DNA from: Octopus sinensis
Lineage: Eukaryota
Direction: 5' to 3'
DNA: 64,000 nt
Assembly (NCBI RefSeq): GCF_006345805.1
Contig: NC_043001.1
Location: 91,202,001-91,266,000 of the forward strand
Of the stretch, positions 27,233-39,453 are shown in pieces. The notes below the pieces were generated by a model that saw only the letters and a list, made by a program, of their open reading frames with translations, had not been told where the DNA came from and searched no databases. Every line of letters begins with the position of its first letter. Within the stretch, counting starts at the first letter, position 1. The position numbers and the translations under genes are program-made.

Positions 27233-27648
27233 TAGGTGCAGGAGTGGCTGTGTGGTAAGTAGCTTGCTTACCAACCACATGATTCCGGGTTTATTCCCAC
27301 TGTGTGGCACCTTGGGCAAGTGTCTTTTACTATAGTCTCAGGCCGCCAAAGCCTTGTGAGTGGATTCGGTAGGCGGAAACTGAAAGAAGCCCATCGTATA
27401 TATGTATATATATATATATGTATGTATGTGTGTATATGTTTGTGTATCCGTGTTTATCCCCCGACCATCGCTTGACAACCGATGTTGGTATATTTACATC
27501 CCAATAATATAGCGGTTTGACAAAAGAGACTGATAGAATAAGTACCAGGTTTACAAAGAATAAGTCCTGAGGTCGATTTGCTTGACTAAAGGCAGTGCTC
27601 CAGCATGGCCGCAGTCAAATGACTGAAACAAGTAAAGAGTAAAAGAGT
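27233..27648 (+). mobile_element. SINE family 1, full length
   Basis: ggtgcaggagtggctgtgtggtaagtagcttgc ... gaaacaagtaaagagtaaaagag. Confidence 0.85.
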
Positions 27649-27898
27649 ATAACATCTGCTGGGCAACTGATACTGCTGTGCACAGTGTCTTTCCTTTGCT
27701 CGCATCATTATACCTAATATGTTATAGTTGCATTGCACTGAGAGTTTCACAGGAACTTTCCATCAGTATCCTTTCATATAATGTGTGATTATGTTCTTGT
27801 ACATATCTATCACATCATTTCATTGTCTACTTTTCCATGCTTGCATGAGTTAGACAGAATTTGCTGGAGTAGATTTTCTGCAGCTCGATGCCCTTCAT

Positions 27899-27968
27899 GT
27901 CTTCAGTCTGATGAGTAGCCTATACTGCTAGTGCTTTATAGGTGCAAAACCAATGGTCACTCAATGAC
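27899..27968 (+). ncRNA. Type I hammerhead ribozyme, probably inactivated
   Basis: CTGATGA at 27908, stem II gcctata/tataggt, CAAAAC in place of CGAAAC, stem III acc-aat-ggt, GTC triplet at 27956-27958, stem I gtcttcagt/actcaatgac. Confidence 0.65.
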
Positions 27969-28583
27969 TGGCCATGACTTTTAACTTTATATATATATTT
28001 CTATATCTATCTAATTATTTAAACTAATTTATCCATTACCCATCTCGCCTCTCGTGTATTCATCAACCATCGTGTATTCGCGGTGCACCCGCCCTGCCCA
28101 CCCCCACCACCAATACCGGATATCCCTATTTTTGCTCCATCCATACCGATGTCGCTTCTCCCACCACCATAATAGGTGTCTACTCTTCGAACCCCCCTCT
28201 TCAATACGCTATTTCACCATGCATTACCCCTCTCTTGATATCCTACGTTCTACTTACCTAGAACCTGTCATCATTTCTCTGAACCACCCCTCCCCACTGG
28301 TGCTCCCCTATATTTCTGCACCCCCCCCCCACATAAAAAAGCACCATCCGAACGTGGCCGATGCCAGACCCCTCTGGCACCTGTGCAGGTGGCACGTAAA
28401 AAACACCCACTACACTTGCGGAGTGGTTGGCGTTAGGAAGGGCATCCAGCCGTAGAAACTCTGCCAGACTAGACTGGAGCCTGGGGCAGTCCCTAGCTCC
28501 CCAGACCCCGGTCGAAACCGTCCAACCCGTGCTAGCGCGAAAAACGGACGTTAAACGATGATGATGATGATGATATATATATA

Positions 28584-28972
28584 CGAGCTAAACACCCCCC
28601 GTCCAATGGACAGTGTTGAGTTGTCAAACATTTAAACCAAATTTTCTCAAAATAACTTGTCTGACCATCCCATTTTGTGGCATTATTTCAAGCCAGCCGG
28701 CTTTTTTGCAAAACTGCACATGCATTTTTCTTGCATATGCATAGTATCGATTATAACAGCTGATGTACTTGCGCATACAAATGCACGTTCCCACGGCTTT
28801 ATCGATTGCATTCTCAACTGGAATCGATTTTTTTTGTAATTTTTTCAAGACTTATACATGCCCTGATACCGTCAGTATCTACATATCAAATTTGAGCGCA
28901 ATCGGATGAAGGATGTCCAAGATCCTAGAAGACACACACACAGACAGACAGAACGGATTTTATATAATAAAT
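28584..28972 (-). mobile_element. Non-autonomous Helitron-like element
   Basis: Minus-strand start ttattatataaaatccgttctgtctgtctgtg; subterminal hairpin gtccattggac and CTCG (variant of CTAG) end. Confidence 0.5.
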
Positions 28973-28989
28973 ATATATATACAGGGCTC

Positions 28990-29670
28990 CTTGATGATGT
29001 CAGATCAGCTTGGTCTCTGCATCTTTCAGGAGACTCAGCAAAGAGCAAGTACAAGAATCTCTGTTTATCAAGCTGTCTGTTTATCCACTCTTCTGTATGG
29101 ATCTGAGTGCTGGACTGTTTACCAGCACCAGATCACTCCAGTCTCGCATGGCTGGACATGTTACTTCATACTGAAATCTTTCTAAGGCCTGGGATCTCCA
29201 CTTTTGAAACCAGCATCCTTCATTGTCTTTTCTGCTGAGCTGGCCATGTTATTCGGATGGTGGGTAACTGGTACTCTTCAGTGAGATCAAGACTGGAGGT
29301 AGGTTTTATGGACATCCAGAACTTTGAACTTTGTTTTCATCATCATCTCAAGCAGTCTTTTATTTTATGTAATCTCTCTTCCAATTGATTGTGCGCCTGG
29401 CTGTTAATTGGAAGGTATGGGAGTCCATATGTGATGGTGGAACAGAGCTTTGAAAATGAATGCAGGAGATTGCATGAAGAGAGGAAGAGATGTCATCAAA
29501 CCCTTGCGGTTGTTGTTCGGATCCACTTTCAGTATCTTCAGTGCCATAGGATCTGCCTATCTTGTATTGGTCTTGTCGCCCATACCTGCTCCAATGAGGA
29601 ACAATGTGCTGGAGGCAGAAAAGGATAATCTCTTGGATTGATACTGTCATCACCTTTGACAGGCCATTGT
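28990..29670 (+). mobile_element. RTE (BovB-like) LINE 3' fragment
   Basis: ISVYQAVCLSTLLYGSECWTVY and C-terminal QCHRICLSCIGLVAH zinc-finger remnant. Confidence 0.75.
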
Positions 29671-30017
29671 AAGTAATTAAAAAGACAAAATGAACATATG
29701 TACACAAACACACACACATATATATGACAGGTTTTGTCTGCCTGGGGCTATAGTAGAGGATACTTTCCCAAGGTACCATGCAGTGGAACTGAACCTGATA
29801 TCACATGGTTGGGGTGTGACTTAACCATACAGCTATACTTGTGCCTATGAACTTCTTTCAATGCTGATAGCTCTTAATACTAGAGGAAATGAGTGAATTG
29901 ATCATTTGTATGGCCAAGCTAAAATATACAGCTCAGCTGTATTTAATTGCAAGCAGGTTCCATAGGTAGAAAAGTATCTTTGCAAGAAACTTTCAAAATA
30001 TAAACTATAATCTATAT

Positions 30018-30350
30018 AGGCGCAGGAGTGGCTGTGTGGTAAGTAACTTGCTTACCAAGCACATGGTTCCGGGTTCAGTCCCACTGCATGGCACCTTGGG
30101 CAAGTGTCTCATGGTACCTTGAGCAGCTGTCAAGTGTCTTCCATAGCCTGAAGCTAACCAAAGCCTTGTAAGTGGATTTGGTAGACTGAAACTGAAAGAA
30201 GCCCGTCGTATATGCTGGTGTGTTTACGTCCCCGTAACTTAGTGGTTTGGCAAAAGAGACTGATGGAATAAGTACTGGGGTCGATTTGCTCGATTAAAGG
30301 TAGTGCTCCAGCATGGCCTCAGTCAAATGACTGAAACAAGTAAAAGAGTA
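30018..30350 (+). mobile_element. SINE family 1
   Basis: Head and tail present; short internal duplication of accttgggcaagtgtc. Confidence 0.8.
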
Positions 30351-31185
30351 TAATCTCTTCACAAGCTGTCATCATAATTTGTTTTTCTGTGCTTTAAGAG
30401 GTCTGTTGCTTGAGTCTGAACCAGGATCTTTTCACCTTAAATTCTTGTTCATATTATTTGCTTCTCTGTGGCATTCTTCTAAAGGACCAAATAATTGGCA
30501 GACATCTCTGAATGAAATGTACTAGTATATCACCAGTTAACATTCACTTTTCCATGGTTGCATGAGTCAGACATAATTTGTTGAGGGAAATTTTCTATGG
30601 CTGGATACTCTTCCTGTCTCCAATTGTCACCTGTTTTCATTGAAGGTACTATTTCCCATTGCCAGACATGTTTTCCAAAGAAACAGAAAATGAACAACTC
30701 CACTTGTATGATATTTATGCTTGTTTCCGACCATCACATAATACCAAGACAAGGCTACACACACACACATATATAGCATCATTATCATTAACGTCTGCTT
30801 TCCATTCTGGCCTGGATTGGTTGGTTTCACAGGAGCTGACAAAGCAGAAGACTGCACCAGGCTTCAGTACTTGTTTTGGCATGGCTTTTTTTTTACAGCT
30901 GGATGCCCTTCCTAACATCAACCACATCACAACAGGCTTCTTTCAGTTTTTATCTTCCAAATCTACTCACAAATCTTTGGTTGGCTTCAGGCTATAAAAA
31001 GACACTTAGCTGCTCAAGGTACCATGCAGTGAAACAGAACCTGAGACCACATGGTTGGGAACCATACTCGTCAACCACACAGCCTTGTCTGTGCCAGTTT
31101 TTTAATTGAAAAAATTGTTTCTTTGCTTATGGGGTTTATAAGCTCAACATAGCAAAATAACAAATTTGTTATTTATACAGTTTCT

Positions 31186-31416
31186 TATTTCTTTATTGCC
31201 CACAAGGGGCTAAACAAAGAGGGGACAAACAAGGACAGACAGAGGGATTAGATTGATTACATCGACCCCAATGTGTAACTGGTACTTAATTTATCGACCC
31301 CGAAAGGATGACAGGTAAAGTCAACCTTGGCGGAATTTGAACTCAGAACGTAATGGCAGACGAAATGCCGATAAGCATTTCGCCCGGCGTCCTAACGATT
31401 CTGCCAGCTCGCCGCC
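31186..31416 (-). mobile_element. SINE family 2 monomer (tail type A) with TSD
   Basis: Flanked by the direct repeat ttatttatacagtttct; CpGs retained. Confidence 0.85.
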
Positions 31417-32529
31417 TTATTTATACAGTTTCTACTATTCTGAATGATGAACAATATTTCTAAATGGTACTTGTTGTTCAACTCTGATTGATGAAGGTTA
31501 TGATCAAAGAGGTTCTAGTTGCGAGCTAATTTTTAGTATATCTAGGATAACATTTTTAATTTGTTAAGGCAGATTTACATATTTAAGAATTCCGATGCTA
31601 TTTGTAGCAATTTGAGAGATTGCAAATTTGGTTGGACATGGTACATAGAGCTTAGTGACTGGGATTATTGAGGGTTATGTTAGAAGAGATGTAACCATTC
31701 CTTTCCAACTCACATGAATCCATAACACTTTGTGCTCCAAATCAATTTAGTGTTTAGTGTCAATGAAATAAACTTCTCTCTGAATAGCATATTTGTCTGT
31801 TTTATGTTACATCACGGAGAAAATCTAGTAAAAGTGGAAGAACTGACTGTTATTTTAAACATTTGTTATATTTCGTGTATACCCAATTATTATCTGCAGA
31901 GGCAACAAGTGTTTTGGGAAATGTGAGAAACAGTATGAAAAATACTCAGTAAAAAGATAGGCAAGCCTAAGAGCTCATTATTCTTCTCTTTTTCTATTTT
32001 GTCATGATGAAAGTATCAAAGCTTTTATCATATTTCTGTTGAAATATACTACTGTTGTCTCAATTAAATTTGAAAATTCTGACTGATATAGTAAAATAAC
32101 ATTGTTTTCCAAATGCCAACTACTTTACAGTGTATGCATCCAGTCCACACTGTAAAGTGGTTGGTGTTTGGAAGAGCATCCAGCTGTAAAAACCTTGCCA
32201 AAACTGACCTTGCTTGTGCTGGTGCCAATGTAAAAAGCACTCAATCCACTCTGCTGGCTGGTTGGTGTTAGGAAGGGCATCCAGCCATAAAAAACCCTGC
32301 CAAAACAGAAGTCTGGTGCAGGCTCCTGTCAAACCTTCCAACCCATGCCAGCATGGAAGGTGGACGTTATAAGATGATGATGAAGCTAGCGTTTGGTACT
32401 CAAATTAGCATGAAATTTTGATGGATGATTTTAATTTAGATCAGGAAGTGTTTAGCATAGAGGTTGGTTAGTGTCAGGAGTTGAAAATTTGAGAACTATT
32501 CCTTGAAGAGTTGTGCTGATAGGAATTAA

Positions 32530-32735
32530 CCTTTTTGTTACCATATTTCTGTCAAAATACTCTTCATTTATTTCAATTAATAATGAGAATAATGAAAAAT
32601 TTATCAAAATAGCAATGGTGTTTGAAACAGAAATGAACATAAAATTTTGATGGAAGGTCTTACTTGAGATAACTTTAAAACAGAACTTGTGTCAAAGGAC
32701 CAATGGCAGTTTGAGACAGATTGGTATCAAAAGGG
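32530..32735. mobile_element. piggyBac-type MITE
   Basis: TTAA|cctttttgttaccatatttctg ... ggtatcaaaaggg|TTAA; left end resembles that of the 13161 element. Confidence 0.75.
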
Positions 32736-32897
32736 TTAATGTTTATTTATATAAATGTGGGAATTAGATTTTTCTTGTTCCACTAAAAAATTATAGCTTA
32801 CTATTTTTCTTCTTTGGTTAATTTCTTTAGGTTAACTTGCCATTTGTATTTATATATTTTTATTCTTTGATTTCCTGCATAAAGACAGGTTTTATAA

Positions 32898-33270
32898 GGT
32901 GCAGGCATGGCTGTGTGGTGAAGCTTCCTTTGGAACTCTGCAGTTTCAGGTTCAATCCTACTGTGTAACATCTTGGGCAAGTGTCTTCTACAATAACCCT
33001 GTGATGCCCAATGCCTTATGATTGTATCAGATTGAAAGAAACTGAAAGAAGCCTTTCATTTGTGTGCATGTGCATGTGCCCCCATTGCTGCCTTAAAATC
33101 AATGTTTGTTTACATTCCTGTTATACAGCAGTTCAGCAAAAGAGACTGATAAAATAAATTCCAAATTTTAAAAAGAAAAATATACTGGGGTGCATTTGTT
33201 TGACTAAATCCTTCAAGGCAGTGCTCCTGCATGGCCATAGTCTAATAACTGAAACAAGTTAAAAGAAAAC
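32898..33270 (+). mobile_element. SINE family 1, diverged
   Basis: Head ggtgcaggcatggctgtgtgg; tail gaaacaagttaaaaga. Confidence 0.75.
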
Positions 33271-33440
33271 GATAGTATAACATTTTGAACAAAGCATTTT
33301 TTTTTTTGAAAAATTAACTTATCTAACAAATTATGAAAAATATGGGATTTATTTATTTAAAAAAACCTGTATTCACATATTTTAGCTTGTAGTGTAGCTC
33401 GGAGATATCCTCACTGTTTGAGAGATATATTAGAAATGAT

Positions 33441-33616
33441 GTCTTTGATAGCAACCATCTTTTGGCTACTATTTGGACCCTGTTGTGTCCACTGCTCTGA
33501 TTGGTTGGCATTGGTGCGAACTAAGTCAAGAGACAAACTGCACCAATGCCGACCAGTCAGAGCAGTGGACACAACAGGGTCCAAATAGCGGCCAAAAGAT
33601 GGTTGCTATCAAAGAC
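33441..33616. repeat. Inverted repeat: 77-bp arms, 22-nt loop
   Basis: 33441-33517 vs reverse complement of 33540-33616: 4 mismatches. Confidence 0.95.
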
Positions 33617-33840
33617 CACATGATTTCTAATTACCAAGCTACGCTTCAAGCTATCTGACTTGGATAACTTCACCATGATGTGTTGCTGTGACAAAATAAA
33701 TATCGCACTGTTAGATACCTTGATGATATTTGCAGACATTTATTGGGCTTCATTAAATTACGGAAGTTAATTGATGAATGCATTAAATGTTTTAGTTAGG
33801 AATGGTAGTAGGAAACTATCTATCTATTGTCAGTCTCATA

Positions 33841-33915
33841 CAGTTTAGACCTCGTATGAAATACGAGGTTTCAATGCCCCTATTCTTTGGCGTGCTTCTT
33901 CAGTAAGACGAACTG
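33841..33915 (-). ncRNA. Type I hammerhead ribozyme motif
   Basis: Minus strand: CTGAAGA (33903-33897), weak stem II, GAAAC (33872-33868), perfect 9-bp stem III acctcgtat/atacgaggt, GTC triplet, bulged stem I. Confidence 0.7.
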
Positions 33916-34104
33916 ACATCTTCACTTCTTTGGGTCTCTTTGACAAATAGTCTTCGAAACCGTTTTCGTGCATCGGTTGTCTTCCCAGCGAAGTAAACTC
34001 CACTTGAAGGCATCACATGGACCATAAGACATCTGTGTTTTAACAATATCAGAGAAGCCTTTTTCTCTGCAAGCATCTTGAAACTTTACAGATATGATGG
34101 AATC

Positions 34105-34520
34105 GTTAGCACGCTGGGTGAAATGCTTAGCGGTATTTTATCTGTCGCTACATTCTGAGTTCAAATTCCACCGAGGTCGACTTTGCCTTTCATCCTTTTG
34201 GGGTCGATTAAATAAGTACCAGTTACGCACTGGGGTTGATATAATCGACTTAATCCGTTTGTCTCTCCTTGTTTGTCCTCTCTGTGTTTAGCCCCTTGTG
34301 GGTAGTAAAGAAATAGGTATTAAATACCTATTAAATAGGTATTTCGTCTGCCGTTACGTTCTGAGTTCAAATTCCGCCGAGGTCGACTTTGCCTTTCATC
34401 CTTTTGGGGTCGATAAATTAAGTACCAGTTACGCATTGGGTCGATGTAATCGACTTAATCCCATTGTCTGTGTTTGTTTGTCTCCTTTGTGTTTAGCCCC
34501 TTGTGGGTAGTAAAGAAATA
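34105..34520 (+). mobile_element. SINE family 2 head-to-tail dimer
   Basis: 15-bp TSD agatatgatggaatc (34090-34104, 34521-34535); internal junction aagaaatag|gtatt. Confidence 0.9.
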
Positions 34521-35493
34521 AGATATGATGGAATCTATTGAATTAGAGTGAATCCTATTCGTTTACCTGATCAAAATGTATGCATATACCAAGCTGCTTT
34601 TTCTGGTGACATTAGTGATAGAAATATCATTTGTAACAAACAGCTCACAAAAAGGAAGACTAAATTGTGGGCGTAACCATAATTTGAACTTACTTCCATG
34701 AAATTTGACTTACCACTTAAATTAATTAGAATGAACTGATACGTTGATTGCAGCTGATGATGCACACACCAGCAGGAAACTCTGATCTAGTTTTCTGTTA
34801 AAACCGTTTATTTCATTTCTTTGAGGAAAAACAAGCAGAAAAGAAGCAGTAGAGTGAAAACTACTGATAGTACAAGAGTGGCAGAGGTAGAGATAGAAAG
34901 AAAGGAAAGACAATAAAAGAGAGATAATAAAGGATAGAGAAGTATGGGACAAAGCAAAGGAAAAATAAGTAAATGGGAGAAGTATGGAAGAAGGATTTGA
35001 ATTAGTAAGGTGTTGAGAGGAAAGAGAAATAAAGTGACAAGGGGAGTGAATGAAAGAAAGGAAAAACTGGAAAAACGTTCGATAGAGGAGCATGAAGTAG
35101 AACAGTAAAATAAAGAATTTCAGTCTTGTGGTGGTAATGGACAAACAGACGATAACTATGTACAATGTGAAAGATCGCACATTTCGTATAATTGCGAAAA
35201 ATCTCTTTGAAAATATTTGGTTCTGTCAGAAGTTTCAGCTGCATGAATACACATACATGCAGTGAATTTAATGTATGAATTTTTGACTAAATTAAATTAA
35301 GAAAGCTGACAGAAGGGGAAGTTTTTCGGTTACATACATACATATCAATATGTTAGTAACATTATTAAAATTGCAAAACCTTTGAAAGCATAACATTTAC
35401 ATTCATACAAAGGCCACTGTGAAGAGGATGAGAGCGAACTGGTTCTGGATGACTGATGAATTATGTTATGAAGAAAATATAATTAACATTTTT

Positions 35494-35898
35494 GGATCTT
35501 TTCGGTTTGAACGGCAGTTTTTAACATAATTTCTAGGTAACTAAAAAAATTTAAACTTCGTATACTGGTAGAATGTGTTTATAAAACATCTTTTTCTCTT
35601 GGCTTTATTGAGAAAATTCTATAGTTTATAAGATATTTGTTGTTTTTTTTCTGCAATTTCGACCAATCACTGACGTCTATTGAGGTAAAAAAAAAACATT
35701 CTGTGCCGTATGAATATGTCCCTCGTTTAAGAAACAGATTGGGTTTATTTACATTTCTGAAGAAAAATGATCCCCTTCCCCCCACCCCTAACCCTAAAAC
35801 AGATTGAAATGCAATAGATCGATACTAGGGTCATAATTATGGGTGACAATTTCATATAACACCGCTAGAAAAAACTGCCGGTCAAATCGAAAAGATCC
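35494..35898. mobile_element. Merlin-like MITE (405 bp)
   Basis: 29-bp TIR GGATCTTTTCG... (27/29 identical); 8-bp TSD ACATTTTT. Confidence 0.8.
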
Positions 35899-36890
35899 AC
35901 ATTTTTGATAAGCTTTCGCATTTGTTCAGAAGGATAGTAAACGACATGGAAACCAGTTTTAAGATACGAAAAGGTTTTAAAATATTTAATACAATTAATT
36001 AATGATTTAAATATTTAGTGTAAATTGTTAGAGTGACGGGGAAAAAATGCTTCGCAGTATTTAGTTCGAAGTTCCGCTAAGATCGATGTTGTCTTTCATC
36101 CTTTTGGGCTCGATAAAATAAATATCAGTTGAGCACTGGAGCCAATGTAATCGACTAGTCCACACCCCCAACTCCAAATTTTCAGGCTTTGTCTCTATAG
36201 TAGGAAGAAATATTTAGTGTAATTCCTACAGTTTGATTTTTTTAAAGTATTCAGACATTTTCAAAAAGAGGAAAGCAAACCGTTTCAAAATTAATGTTTG
36301 TTCCCGTTATTCAGGTAGTTTATAGATGCGTATTTTAAAATGAAATAAGAATTTATGATGCCAACACTGATGTTGAACAAACTTCAATTCTAAATGTTTA
36401 GCGCTAAGATTCTTGTATTTTTAGAGGCGGGTAGTGAACAATGAGTAACTGGATACCTTTTTCTTCTGGTTTTAGTCTTTCATTATCCCATCCATATCAA
36501 TGATGTATTAAAAAAATTCTAAATTGACACAATACTTGGCCCATACTTTATTTTATCAATCACAAAAGGGTGAAAAGTAAAAGACGAATAGGGTGGGTTT
36601 TGAACTCGGAACATAAAGGGCTGTAACTAAATGTCATAAGGCATATTTTTTCTCGGCACTCTTACGATTCCGGCGGTCAGGTTTTAAAGCGAACACACTT
36701 GGTTGCTTTGTGTCATCCCTTTCACTTGAAAATATCGATCTAAATTCGTTTCTCAGCATTAGATTTGCTTCTCCATAGTTTCAGACGTAACTTTATATTA
36801 AGAAAAAGAAAGGAGAAAAACGTCAACGTTTATTTCTGGTCTGTTAAGATATCAAAGGAATTCAAACGGAAGACGCTGCTTACATTGGAG

Positions 36891-36935
36891 ATGGTTGCGT
36901 CAACAAACGGCACGAAAGCGTCAGATAGAGAAAAG
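36891..36935 (+). CDS. Candidate first coding exon of the zinc-finger gene
   Basis: gagATGG start context, MVASTNGTKASDREK, AAG|GTAAAC phase-0 donor compatible with the phase-0 acceptor at 40809. Confidence 0.45.
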
Positions 36936-37768
36936 GTAAACGTGATAAAATTATACTTTCATTTAACTTAAAAGGTATCAAAGAACAAAAACACCACTGT
37001 GAAATAAATTTAAGGAATATAGGTTTTGTTCCTCAGGCGGAAGCTCTCAAGGAACAGATAATATTCGTGTATGCCATTTGGTTCAGCAACATCTGAACTA
37101 CCACGTGAATTATTTTGTTGCAATTTATTTTCTTGCTCGTCTCTTTAGAATGCGATAAAGCTTGCAAAGAGATGGGTAAACATAGAAAATCAAACGTTTG
37201 GTTACAATTTCTCTATTGAAAATATGTTGCTTATGATACATATATCAAAGACGTATTTTCAGTGTTTCAGTTTAAACCCAGAATTGGGTGAATTTAGTAC
37301 TACAACAAGTATTTAAAAATTAATGTACACACTAGGCCTAAAATTTAATGTAAATCAAATCTAAAACTAATAGAAAATGTAAAAAAAAAAATCTTACATT
37401 ATTATTTTATTAGAGTATAATCTGTAGTGCAGTTTCAATTCCCACTTGTTGCCTTTTCTAATTTTACGCATTAACAATAGTGAGAAGGTTATGAATACCC
37501 AAAATCATTTATGTACTGCGATTTTCTCTGCTCACTACCGCCAGTATTTTACATAATGTCCTGTATTTTTGTAGATTTGGATTTAACATTAACATATAAA
37601 GAAAGGAGGTCATTAAACAGCTTATATATTCAGGTGAATGGAAATTGTTTTGAAACATCAATCCCAATAGAAGTTTCTTTGCTTCCTGCTTAAATACAAT
37701 GCATACACTTCCTCATAAGTTGTTGAAGTTTCACAAGTTAGTTGAGTAGCTCTTTCTATACAGAATTA

Positions 37769-38072
37769 GTACCGTAAATCTTCGAGTATAGTCCGCACTT
37801 GAGTATAATACGTAGGGGATTTTTAGGGAGCTGTACCTCGGAAAAGCCTAAACCTTGTGTACAATACGCACCCCTTCTCTAACTTGAGTTAAGGAGTTCT
37901 ATATAACGTCCTTGGTTTGAAAAATGTATACGATAACGTCCTTTATCATTATTGTATAAATAACATAATGCAAACGTGTAGCTTTTTTGTGCATCTTTAA
38001 CCTCGTATATAGTACGCACTAGGGATTTTGACCTTCAAATTTTGGGGAAAAAATGCGGATTTATGATACTCA
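37769..38072. mobile_element. Tc1/pogo-like MITE with damaged right end
   Basis: TA-CCGTAAATCTTCGAGTATAGTCCGCA start, internal gtata..acgca repeats, partial inverted end tgcggatt...atactc. Confidence 0.5.
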
Positions 38073-38273
38073 ACATGATCTTCAGAAGAAAGCAATGCAT
38101 TTGCGTCATTGCTGAGCCCAACTTAGGAATCCTCTTTCAAAAAAAAATTCAGCTGGCATTGCTGTACCCACTTTTTCACGGCTATTTTCTCTCGTCTGCG
38201 TAATCAAATCGTTTTCCAGAAATCTGTCCTTCATTGGACCGAACCGGTGGAAGTCACATGATGCCAGATTCAG

Positions 38274-38483
38274 GCTCTTTTACTTGTTTCAGTTATTTGA
38301 CTACGGCCGTGCTGAAGCAGCGCTTTTAGTCGAGCAAATCGACCCCAGGACTTATTCTTTGTAAGCCTAGTATTTATTCTATCGTTCTTTTTTGCCGAAC
38401 CGCTAATTTTCGGGGACGTAAACACACCAGCATCGGTTGTCAAACGATGTTGGGGGGACAAACACAGATATACAGGCACATAC

Positions 38484-38543
<60 letters not shown>

Positions 38544-38686
38544 GTCTTCTTTCAGTTTCTGTCTACCAAATCCACTCACAAGGCTTTAGTAGAAGACACT
38601 TGCCCAAGGTGCCACGCAGTGGGACTGAACCCGGAACCATGTGGTTAGTAAGTAAGCTACTTACCGTTCAGCCACTCCTACGCATA
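38274..38686 (-). mobile_element. SINE family 1
   Basis: Near full length, central (TA)n(CA)n. Confidence 0.85.
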
Positions 38687-39089
38687 GGCTGTACAATAAG
38701 AGACTTCTCACCAATTTTTCCGATGGATTGACTTGTTGTCAAAGATGTATGTGTGTGGTCACTATTATGGTGAATGTAGATCGTTTTCAGATTCTTGTTC
38801 GGTCTCTTCTTCCTAAAAGCTTCTCTAAGCTTTTTAAGTGTATCAATGTATCATTAGCTGTTCGTAGTACAGCCATGTTCTAGGAAATCAAGGAAACAAA
38901 CACCCTTGTCATCTAGTTAAACTGCCATAAAGGTGGCATGCTGGCAGAATTGTTAGCACGCCGGGCGAAATGTTAAGCGGGATTTCGTGTCCTCACGTTC
39001 TAAGTTCAAATTCCGCCAAGGTCGACTTTGCCTTTCATCTTTTCGGAGTCGATAAAATAAGTACCAGTTGAATACTGGTGTCAATGTAA

Positions 39090-39453
39090 GGCTCCGTCGT
39101 TGGTTTGTCGCAGTAATAATTTTGTTGTTATTTAACCTCAAATCAACCCTAATACAGCAAACCCATGTTGTTATAAAAACATCTCTGGTTATTAAAGAAG
39201 AGTTTTGTTAGGGGAGTGGACCTGGAAGTTGTTGTTCGCAAACAGCAGCAGTAATTTTCTTCCGCTGAATACACATCATTGATTGGTTAAAATTACCCAA
39301 ATACGACAACTTTAACACGAAATAACTTCTAAAATACAAAAAATTTTGTCAAAAACGTTAAGAGTAAACCCTGTTCTATGTGACACATTTTACCAGTATC
39401 CGAAGTTTCAACGTGCTTAATTAAAAAATCTGGCCGTCAAATTGAAAAGATCC
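39090..39453. mobile_element. Merlin-like element inserted into a SINE family 2 copy
   Basis: 8-bp TSD CAATGTAA (39082-39089, 39454-39461); GG...GAAAAGATCC ends; acacattttaccagtatccgaagttt is shared (inverted) with the 35494 element. Confidence 0.7.

Larger units (their letters stand above)
33841..34810 (-). mobile_element. Decayed Penelope-like element remnant, interrupted by a SINE dimer
   Basis: Fragments SNYGYAHNLV (NGYP-like), SPEK..Y and frameshifted AGKT-RCTKT-FED (GIY-YIG-like), ending in a hammerhead. Confidence 0.5.

Noticed and set aside
27233-27310. tRNA-like A/B-box sequences
   Set aside because: These are SINE heads; no complete cloverleaf is evident.
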